Source: Candidatus Scalindua sp. (GTDB lineage: Bacteria; Planctomycetota; Brocadiia; Brocadiales; Scalinduaceae). From it: 32,000 nt of DNA. This document shows, one piece after another, positions 24,579-32,000 of the stretch. Where the stretch lies: positions 1,620,001-1,652,000 of the forward strand of contig JALDRA010000001.1 in assembly GCA_031316235.1 (NCBI GenBank), written 5' to 3'. Every line of letters begins with the position of its first letter. The stretch's first letter is position 1. The notes beneath the pieces were generated by a model. It was given only the letters and a program-made list of their open reading frames with translations, made no database searches and was not told where the DNA came from. The position numbers and the translations under genes are program-made.

Positions 24579-25592
24579 ATGATAAGAAAATCAAAAGTAC
24601 TGTTTGTTTTAATTCCCATTCTGGTAACTGCGGCAGTGATGGCTTACTTGAACCTTCACGGCATATCACCAGCTGATTTGAATCGTATTCGTGTTTCCGG
24701 TAACATTGAGGTTACTGATGCCGAGGTGAGTTTCAAGATTTCAGGACATATTGACAAACGGCATGTGGATGAAGGTGAACTGATCAGAAAAGGTGACATC
24801 GTGGCAACCCTCGACAGTTCTGACCTGGAAGACGAGGTGGCAATCAGAGAGGCAGAACTGCAGCTGGTACAGGCTGACCTGGCAGAACTTACGGCTGGTT
24901 CACGTCCTGAAGAAATTTCTGCGGCTGAAGCAAACATGAAGGCAACAAAAGCAGATAAAGAACACAAAGAAAGAGATTTTCATAAGGCAGAGGAACTATT
25001 TAGAAAAAAAGTGATCTCTGATGAAGAGTATACGCATGCGGAGGGAAATTATGAGGTTGCCTTAAACAGATTGCGGGAGGCTGAGGAACTGTTCAATCTG
25101 GTCAAACTGGGGCCACGCAAGGAAACCATAGAGCAGACAAGGGCCAGGATCAGGCAAGCCATAGGATCTCTTAAACTTACCCGGACTCGATTGGGCTATG
25201 CTAAACTTTTTTCTCCACTCTCCGGCATTGTACTGTCAAAGAACGTTGAGCCGGGAGAATATGTTGCTCCCGGAACTCCGGTCGTTACGGTTGGAGCGCT
25301 TGAGAGTGTATGGCTGCGCGCTTATATAAACGAGACCGACCTGGGACGTGTAAAGGTGGGACAGCAGGTGAATGTCTTAACTGATACCTATCCTGACAAG
25401 ATATACAAGGGGCATATCTCATTCATCTCCCCTCAAGCTGAATTTACCCCGAAGACCGTTCAAACCGTGAAACAGCGGGTCAAACTTGTCTATCGGATAA
25501 AGGTAGAAATTCCGAACCCCAACATGGAACTCAAACCCGGCATGCCTGCTGACGCGGACATCCTGTTGGAGCAGGTTCAAGGAGGCAAGTGA
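24579..25592 (+). CDS. HlyD-family membrane-fusion protein (YbhG-like)
   Basis: N-terminal TM, coiled-coil middle and lipoyl/beta-barrel motifs (VSGNIEVTDAEVSFKISGHI, LKPGMPADADI). Confidence 0.85.
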   Translation: MIRKSKVLFVLIPILVTAAVMAYLNLHGISPADLNRIRVSGNIEVTDAEVSFKISGHIDKRHVDEGELIRKGDIVATLDSSDLEDEVAIREAELQLVQADLAELTAGSRPEEISAAEANMKATKADKEHKERDFHKAEELFRKKVISDEEYTHAEGNYEVALNRLREAEELFNLVKLGPRKETIEQTRARIRQAIGSLKLTRTRLGYAKLFSPLSGIVLSKNVEPGEYVAPGTPVVTVGALESVWLRAYINETDLGRVKVGQQVNVLTDTYPDKIYKGHISFISPQAEFTPKTVQTVKQRVKLVYRIKVEIPNPNMELKPGMPADADILLEQVQGGK

Positions 25593-26536
25593 TGGAGGCA
25601 ATCAGAACTGAAGCCCTGACAAAAACATTCGGAGGGATGATTGCAGTTGACTCTCTTACTTTTACTGTTGCTAAAGGTGAGATATTCGGCATTGTAGGGC
25701 CCGATGGCGCGGGCAAGACAACAACAATGCGTCTCCTGACCTCGATTATGGAGCCCACATCAGGTGATGCCTGGGTGGGAGGTCTCCATATTGTGAATGA
25801 AGCGGAGGCTATCAAGGAAGAAATCGGCTATATGAGTCAGAGATTCGGCCTCTATGAGGATCTCACCGTGGAGGAAAATATTGACTTTTATGCAGACATA
25901 TATAGAGTGCCGCGTAAAGGTCGAAGGGCAAAAACAGATCGCCTCCTGGCATTCAGTAATCTGACCTCTTTCAGGAAACGTCTGGCCAGGAATCTCTCAG
26001 GCGGAATGAAACAGAAACTCGGTCTTGTCTGTGCTTTAATCCATACCCCAAAGGTGCTCTTCCTGGATGAACCTACGAATGGTGTGGACCCCGTAGCTCG
26101 CCGTGATTTCTGGCGTATTCTGTATCATTTACTCCACGAGAAGGTCACAATCTTTGTATCGACTGCCTATCTTGATGAGGCCGAGCGGTGCAACAAATTA
26201 GGGCTCATACATAAAGGCAGGCTACTCGCCTCTGGAACACCGGAAGAGGTGAAGAAGCTTATGAGCGGTACGATCATGGAGATTCGTTCTTCAAAACCTC
26301 GCAGGGCAATAGCCGTACTCCGCGAACAACTCCAGGCCGATTCTGTGGGACTTTTTGGTGACTGTGTACATGTTGTTACCCATGAACCGGACAAGACCAT
26401 AACTCAAACGAAAGAGGCGCTTATGAAGGCAGGTCTCAAACTCAGCAGCATAAAAACTATCGAACCTTCACTTGAAGACGTCTTCATTTCAGTCATTGCC
26501 GGGAGAGAAGGGGGTAATTATCCTGAACGCCATTGA
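25592..26536 (+). CDS. ABC transporter ATP-binding protein (first NBD, YbhF-like)
   Basis: Walker A GPDGAGKTT, signature LSGGMKQKL, Walker B LFLDEPTNGVD. The ATG overlaps the hlyD stop. Confidence 0.9.
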   Translation: MEAIRTEALTKTFGGMIAVDSLTFTVAKGEIFGIVGPDGAGKTTTMRLLTSIMEPTSGDAWVGGLHIVNEAEAIKEEIGYMSQRFGLYEDLTVEENIDFYADIYRVPRKGRRAKTDRLLAFSNLTSFRKRLARNLSGGMKQKLGLVCALIHTPKVLFLDEPTNGVDPVARRDFWRILYHLLHEKVTIFVSTAYLDEAERCNKLGLIHKGRLLASGTPEEVKKLMSGTIMEIRSSKPRRAIAVLREQLQADSVGLFGDCVHVVTHEPDKTITQTKEALMKAGLKLSSIKTIEPSLEDVFISVIAGREGGNYPERH

Positions 26537-27497
26537 TAGCGAGAAAGCCGTTATTGCAAAGGGACTGGAAAGGCGATTTGGCAATTTTATTGCGGTGAAT
26601 CACATCAGTTTTGAGGTTGCCAGGGGCGAGATATTTGGTTTCCTGGGCCCCAATGGAGCCGGCAAATCCACAACAATACGGATGCTCTGCGGTCTTCTTA
26701 CACCAACTGGTGGTACGGGAACCGTGGCCGGGTACGACATCAGGACTGAAGCAGAACGGATTAAAAATCACATTGGTTACATGAGCCAGAAGTTTTCACT
26801 CTATGAAGATTTAACGGTTGAAGAAAATATTAATTTTTACAGCGGAATTTATCGCATCGATCCAGAAAAGAAGAAGGAACGTAAGGAGTGGGTTATTGAG
26901 ATGGCCGGTCTCAGGGAGCACCGGCAGTCACAGACGGCCATTCTTTCGGGTGGCTGGAAGCAGAGGCTTGCACTAGGGTGTGCAGTCCTCCACGAACCAC
27001 CCATACTATTTCTTGATGAACCGACTTCTGGTGTTGACCCCCTCAGCAGACGCCAGTTCTGGGACCTGATCTACGAACTCTCTGGAAGAGGTGTAACAAT
27101 ATTTGTTACCACCCATTATATGGACGAGGCGGAATATTGTGACAGAATAGGGCTTATCTATCGTGGAGGGTTAACCGCCATAGGCACACCGGCTGTGCTT
27201 AAGACAGAACTCATGCAGGATGATGTCCTTGATGTCCAGTGTGAACGCCCCCAGGATGTAATGGATAAGCTTGAAAAGCTTACGGGAATTAAGGAGGTGG
27301 CGCTGTTTGGTAAAGGACTCCATGTCATTGTTGAAGATGCAGAAACTGCAACAGGCACAATACGAGATTTCCTCAATAAACAAGGTTATCAGGTTTCACG
27401 TGTCGAAAAGATAGTTCCCTCGATGGAGGATGTGTTTGTATCGCTCATAGAGTCCCGTGACAGGGCAGAACAGCCTCAACATGAGGTACGGCAATAA
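26472..27497 (+). CDS. ABC transporter ATP-binding protein (second NBD); start uncertain
   Basis: Walker A GPNGAGKST, signature LSGGWKQRL, Walker B LFLDEPTSGVD. The only in-frame starts are TTG at 26472 and 26493, both inside the preceding gene. Confidence 0.8.
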   Translation: MKTSSFQSLPGEKGVIILNAIDSEKAVIAKGLERRFGNFIAVNHISFEVARGEIFGFLGPNGAGKSTTIRMLCGLLTPTGGTGTVAGYDIRTEAERIKNHIGYMSQKFSLYEDLTVEENINFYSGIYRIDPEKKKERKEWVIEMAGLREHRQSQTAILSGGWKQRLALGCAVLHEPPILFLDEPTSGVDPLSRRQFWDLIYELSGRGVTIFVTTHYMDEAEYCDRIGLIYRGGLTAIGTPAVLKTELMQDDVLDVQCERPQDVMDKLEKLTGIKEVALFGKGLHVIVEDAETATGTIRDFLNKQGYQVSRVEKIVPSMEDVFVSLIESRDRAEQPQHEVRQ

Positions 27498-27532
27498 AGT
27501 AATTTTTATTCCATAAAGAGTATTGAATAACG

Positions 27533-28666
27533 ATGAAATTATTTCGTGTTCGGGCGATCGCCCGTAAAGAATTCATACATATCTTCCGCGATCCAAGGAG
27601 CCTGGGCATGGCCGTAGTCATTCCTATGATGCTGCTGGTATTATTTGGTTATGCATTGAAGCTTGATGTCGAGAACGTGCCTATGGCAGTCTGGGACCAG
27701 AGTGAATCCCAGATAAGCAGGGAGTTTATCGCTCGTTTTGAAGGCTCTCGTTACTTCTCGCTTCATGGCTATGTTCGCAACTACAGGGAAATAGAAAGGG
27801 CTATTGATTCAGGTGACGCGTTTGTAGCCCTCATTATTCCACCGGACTTTGCCGGTCTTATCGAGTCAGGTCGCTCAGCCCCGGTCCAATTGATTGTAGA
27901 CGGGAGCGATTCCAACACCGCGACGATCGCAATTGGATATGTTGATATGGTTGCCCAGACCTATTCTCAGGATATTGCTGTTCGTGATATTCAGCGTATC
28001 GGTGGGCGTACACTCTATCCACCCGTAGACATGCAGACACGTGTCTGGTTCAATGCAGATATGGAATCTAAAAATTACATCATTCCCGGGCTCATTGCCG
28101 TGATTATGATGGTCATTGCCGCCCTCCTTACCTCACTGACCGTAGCCCGCGAGTGGGAACGGGGTACCATGGAGCAACTCATCTCTACGCCCGTAAAACC
28201 ACGTGAGTTAATCCTTGGCAAACTTCTGCCTTACTTTGCCATCGGTATGTTTGATGTATTTCTCGCAGTGGTTATGGGTGAGTATCTTTTTCATGTACCG
28301 CTTCGCGGCAATATAGCATTACTCTTTGGCATGACAGCGATCTTTCTGGCAGGCGCACTGTCACTGGGCATGGTGATAAGCATACTTACTAAAAGTCAAC
28401 TTCTGGCCAGTCAGTTAGCTATGGTGTTGACGTTTCTCCCCTCATTTCTGCTTTCTGACTTTATGTATGCGATCAGTAACATGCCGAAGGTTATTCAGCT
28501 TATCACTTATGTTATTCCGTCGAGATATTTCGTGATCATGCTCAAAGGCATCTACCTGAAGGGTGTAGGGCTTGAGATACTGGTTGTAGAAGCCGGACTT
28601 TTGACCATCTTTGGTGCAGCCATGGTGGTACTGGCCAATATAAAATTCAAAAAGAAACTGGAGTAA
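27533..28666 (+). CDS. ABC-2 type transporter permease (YbhS-like)
   Basis: About six TM segments. Motifs REWERGTMEQLISTP and PSRYF typical of the ABC-2 family. Confidence 0.85.
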   Translation: MKLFRVRAIARKEFIHIFRDPRSLGMAVVIPMMLLVLFGYALKLDVENVPMAVWDQSESQISREFIARFEGSRYFSLHGYVRNYREIERAIDSGDAFVALIIPPDFAGLIESGRSAPVQLIVDGSDSNTATIAIGYVDMVAQTYSQDIAVRDIQRIGGRTLYPPVDMQTRVWFNADMESKNYIIPGLIAVIMMVIAALLTSLTVAREWERGTMEQLISTPVKPRELILGKLLPYFAIGMFDVFLAVVMGEYLFHVPLRGNIALLFGMTAIFLAGALSLGMVISILTKSQLLASQLAMVLTFLPSFLLSDFMYAISNMPKVIQLITYVIPSRYFVIMLKGIYLKGVGLEILVVEAGLLTIFGAAMVVLANIKFKKKLE

Positions 28667-28669
28667 GCC

Positions 28670-29800
28670 ATGTTTGAACGTATTACGCATATACTCATCA
28701 AGGAATTTATTCAGATATTCCGAGACCCGAAGATGAAGGGGATGATCTTCCTGGCCCCAATTGTCCAGGTGCTCGTATTTGGCTACGCGGTGACTACTGA
28801 CGTCAAACAGATTGCCACAGCAGTCCATGATCTTGACAACAGCGTTGTGAGTCGGGAGTTGGTGAGCAGGTTTGTGAATTCCGGATATTTTGATATTGTG
28901 GAGTATATTGAGAGCAAAGGTCGTGACCAATATTTAATAGACCGTGGTAAAGTCAGGGCAGTCCTGCGCATGAACAAGGGTTTCGGAGAAGACCTGCGGG
29001 CGGGAAGAACCGCCCAGCTCCAGGTAATCGTGGATGGGACCGATTCCAATACTGCAGGGATCGTGCTTGATTATAGCGCCAGGATAGTTGGTCAGTTTTC
29101 ACAGAAAATTCTCATTACACGATTTACACGGCTGAAAGGTCATGCTCTGAAACCTGGCCGCGTGGAAATGCAGACGCGTGCATGGTTCAATGAAAATCTT
29201 GAGAGCCGTAACTTTTACGTCCCCGGGACAATCGCTATCATTGTGATGCTTATCACCCTGATGCTTACGAGTATGGCAGTTGTACGAGAAAAGGAAATCG
29301 GAACTATGGAACAGATCATGGTCACTCCGATCACTCAGACAGAGTTCATACTCGGCAAGACCGTCCCTTTTGCTCTGATCGGGTTTGCCGATGTGGTTAT
29401 GATTACCTTGTTGGGAGTGTTCTGGTTCGAGGTCCCTATACGGGGCAGTCTATTATTACTCTTTGTTGCGACAATACTATACCTGATGACAACACTGGGT
29501 GTGGGGCTTCTTATTTCAACGATAAGTCATACTCAGCAGGAGGCTATGATGAGCACCTTCTTTTTCTATTTTCCTGCAGTACTCCTTTCAGGATTCATGT
29601 TTCCCATCGCTAATATGCCGGTAGTTGTCCAGTGGTTTACCTACCTCAATCCACTCCGATACTTTCTTGTAATCATACGCGGAATATTTCTCAAGGGTGT
29701 GGGTCTGGATATTCTCTGGCCGCAAATGGCTGCCCTGGCAGCGATGGGCCTGGCCACGTTATGGCTGGCATCGAAACGGTTCAAAAAAACCATCTCATGA
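28670..29800 (+). CDS. ABC-2 type transporter permease (YbhR-like)
   Basis: Paralogue of the preceding gene (REKEIGTMEQIMVTP, NPLRYF). Confidence 0.85.
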   Translation: MFERITHILIKEFIQIFRDPKMKGMIFLAPIVQVLVFGYAVTTDVKQIATAVHDLDNSVVSRELVSRFVNSGYFDIVEYIESKGRDQYLIDRGKVRAVLRMNKGFGEDLRAGRTAQLQVIVDGTDSNTAGIVLDYSARIVGQFSQKILITRFTRLKGHALKPGRVEMQTRAWFNENLESRNFYVPGTIAIIVMLITLMLTSMAVVREKEIGTMEQIMVTPITQTEFILGKTVPFALIGFADVVMITLLGVFWFEVPIRGSLLLLFVATILYLMTTLGVGLLISTISHTQQEAMMSTFFFYFPAVLLSGFMFPIANMPVVVQWFTYLNPLRYFLVIIRGIFLKGVGLDILWPQMAALAAMGLATLWLASKRFKKTIS

Positions 29801-29927
29801 TAGAAGCCCCCTTTGTCGGGCACGTTTATCCGGTTGATTAATCTTGTTTGCTGGTAAAAACAGAGACTATTTTTTATTGCCTGAAATGAATTCAGCCACT
29901 TACGGTAATACTCTCTGGATCTTGAAG

Positions 29928-30538
29928 TTAAATCCCAATTCCCTGATGATATATACTCCACAATTGCAAGTGCAATTCTTCCGGAACAAAATCAAACTTT
30001 TTATATGACCACATCGTAATGCTGGATTGAATAAGTCCAAAAAAGGCGATAGAAGATGTTTTTGGATCAATTTCACTTTTCACCTTTCCTGACTGTATGG
30101 CCGCTGAAAGGATCTCTTCTATGTTGCATAAATACTTTTCTATCAATTGTGAAATCTTTTTTCGTATGACAGGGTCACTGAATTGCATTGCTCCTAAAAT
30201 AACAACCAATGATGTCTTGTCGCGGTTTTTTGCCAGGGTGAGCTGGTTAAGCAGGAGGTTTTTCAGATTTTGAATCGGATCATTATCCATTGACGATTTC
30301 TCAATAACCTCCATGAGGGTTTCTTCAATATTCTCTATTAAAAGATTCAATATATCCCTTTTACTCTTAAAATGACGGTAAATAGCTCCTTTGGTAATTC
30401 CCATTTGCATCGCTATTTCACTTATGGTTACGCCTTCAATTCCTTTAGATGAAATTATGCTTCGAATAATATTTATAATCTGCAGTCTTCTGATTTCTGT
30501 AGATTTTCTAACTTGCACAGATTTCCTCCTTCTGTAAT
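29928..30538 (-). CDS. TetR/AcrR-family transcriptional regulator
   Basis: GTG at 30538 lies 6 nt after AGGAGG. HTH GIEGVTISEIAMQMGITKGAIYRHFKSKRDIL. The upstream extension of the track ORF lacks support. Confidence 0.8.
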
Positions 30539-30791
30539 GGATGGATATGAATTTTGCAGAAACACATAAGCCGCTGAAACTAGTCAACAACAGACGGGAA
30601 CCGACTATGGTAAGGTAAGAAAAGAGCCGTAAAGTGCAGGAATAAAGCACAAGAGGTACCATCTTTTATGTATTCACAATAAAATTTATACCTTTTTTAC
30701 TTACTCCATTTTGACAACACCTGGATCTCCCCCATAGATCTTTCCTTGATCTTGCAGTTCTTTCAGGTCTGCCGGTTATTTTACTATTATC

Positions 30792-31349
30792 TTATTCATG
30801 ACTCCCAGACTTCTTTTTTTGACTGCTTATATCCAACGCGTCCCTCAACCACTGAATTGAATAACCAAATTCATTATAATCTGTGTTCTGTTTCATTGTT
30901 TCAGGAACACTATTATACCGCTTTGACTGAAGTGTGGTAACCGCAGCCTGTAAATCATGTTCAATTTCCTGAATCTTACCTAACCTCGCGTCAAGCTCAT
31001 TGATATGTTTTTTCGTTTCGGAAAGCCCCTTTCCAAGTGAACAGTTATTTATCTCAACCCTGCAAACGAGTCCATTCAGTGCCGCCTGAAGTTCTGAGTA
31101 ATTTCCCCCTATGGTATCAATTTTTTGAAAAAGTTCTTCAATCTGCCTTTTCATAATTTCCCTGTCATGGTTGAATGATTGCAAATTTAAGAGTTCCTGT
31201 TCATGATACCGGATTTTTTTATCAACAATTATCAGCCGTTTTTCCTGTTCCTTTTGAATGGCGGCAATCTTTTTTGAAAACCCGCTGCATCCCATAAACA
31301 GGGAAGAGAGGCTGACTACAAGAGAGATAAGAGAAATGTATTTTTCCAT
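30792..31349 (-). CDS. Coiled-coil lipoprotein, function unknown
   Basis: MEKYISLISLVVSLSSLFMGC has a lipobox. The remainder is heptad-rich and charged. Confidence 0.6.
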   Translation of the reverse strand: MEKYISLISLVVSLSSLFMGCSGFSKKIAAIQKEQEKRLIIVDKKIRYHEQELLNLQSFNHDREIMKRQIEELFQKIDTIGGNYSELQAALNGLVCRVEINNCSLGKGLSETKKHINELDARLGKIQEIEHDLQAAVTTLQSKRYNSVPETMKQNTDYNEFGYSIQWLRDALDISSQKKKSGSHE

Positions 31350-31623
31350 TATTGTGAAATCAGATTTTATCGAATACAAACACGATGATCATCAACCTTT
31401 TTCACCGTCCCAGGCATTTCGGACCAACGGCATCGGGATTATACAAAAGCTCTTTTTATAAGTAAACAAATACTTACTTTTTCTTGACAAACAAGTAAAC
31501 CTGTGTACACTTATAGAGAGGGCAGGGAATTTCAGATAATCATTAAAACCGATTTGGTTTTAGTAATTATCTAAACCCTGTAAAGTCTTTAGTCTCATTC
31601 ACCTTTGCATGGAGGCCGTAGAG

Positions 31624-31971
31624 ATGAAAAAGATATTTATCATGGTAGTATTTTTTCTGTTTTGCTTTCATGGGATATGGATACCCCGGGGAAATGCAAA
31701 AACTGTATCGGTATGGCATGGTCCCATTATAGTGAAGGATCTGGAAAAGGTCCCTGTCGACAACGAAAAGAAACTTTTCTCACTTAATGAAGAAAAAAAA
31801 ATGCTCCCGACTCTTCCAGATCTGGTCCTTTCTGACGATGGTTATGATGTAAGCAATGCGACAGACCCGGCTTCTTCAGACCAGGACTGGTCTGCTCAAC
31901 CGGCATCAAATACAAAATCTTATCCTAAAGTGTATTTGAATCTGTGGCGTTTTATCATACTTAGCGGGTAA
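31624..31971 (+). CDS. Small secreted protein, function unknown
   Basis: ATG lies 8 nt after GGAGG. Signal peptide MKKIFIMVVFFLFCFHGIWIPRGNA. Confidence 0.55.
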   Translation: MKKIFIMVVFFLFCFHGIWIPRGNAKTVSVWHGPIIVKDLEKVPVDNEKKLFSLNEEKKMLPTLPDLVLSDDGYDVSNATDPASSDQDWSAQPASNTKSYPKVYLNLWRFIILSG

Positions 31972-32000
31972 GAATAAGAGGAAACATTAATTCATTTACC

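Noticed and set aside
28442-28930. 162-aa minus-strand ORF
   Set aside because: It is antisense across the junction of the two ABC-2 permease genes, which are strongly supported. Other antisense ORFs inside korA, korB, the Ldh/Mdh-family gene, the ABC genes and the DUF1264-like gene were rejected for the same reason.
30746-30940. 64-aa plus-strand ORF
   Set aside because: It overlaps the 3' end of the better-supported minus-strand lipoprotein gene and has no start context.

Overview
AT-rich bacterial chromosomal window. The gene content suggests an anaerobe, but lineage cannot be fixed from the sequence alone. I saw no rRNA, tRNA or CRISPR array. Bases 1-6.9 kb carry core metabolism: a ferredoxin-domain protein, an FAD oxidoreductase, 2-oxoacid:ferredoxin oxidoreductase KorAB, a 39-aa desulforedoxin gene missing from the ORF track, an Ldh/Mdh-family dehydrogenase and a DUF1264-like protein. 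Bases 6.9-20.4 kb are accessory. The main result is a four-cassette integron-type array on the minus strand (8256-14324) with no integrase in the window. Each cassette's 5' end is the reverse complement of the inverse core of its own attC-like palindrome. The cassettes encode a 231-aa membrane-anchored unknown, a pentapeptide-repeat/K+-channel fusion cleanly split by an IS630-family element (TA duplication in CTAG, frame restored on excision), a protein with a HEPN-like Rx4H motif, and a TIR-SIR2 fusion that is a candidate single-gene NAD-depleting defence module. After the array come an ECF sigma/anti-sigma/Spy-like module carrying a 168-bp MITE with a 9-bp target duplication, then a block of decayed genes: a DUF1016 fragment, hicB with a frameshifted hicA, an IS1380 transposase pseudogene, a GxxExxY gene, a Y1-transposase fragment and an AlbA_2 pseudogene. 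Bases 20.5-32 kb carry a DUF4239-like membrane protein, a tandem Usp, a cytochrome P460-family protein with a 60-bp tandem-repeat N-terminus, a YbhGFSR-like ABC-2 efflux operon between a decayed and an intact TetR gene, a coiled-coil lipoprotein and a small secreted protein. All homology calls come from motif recognition by eye, not database searches.
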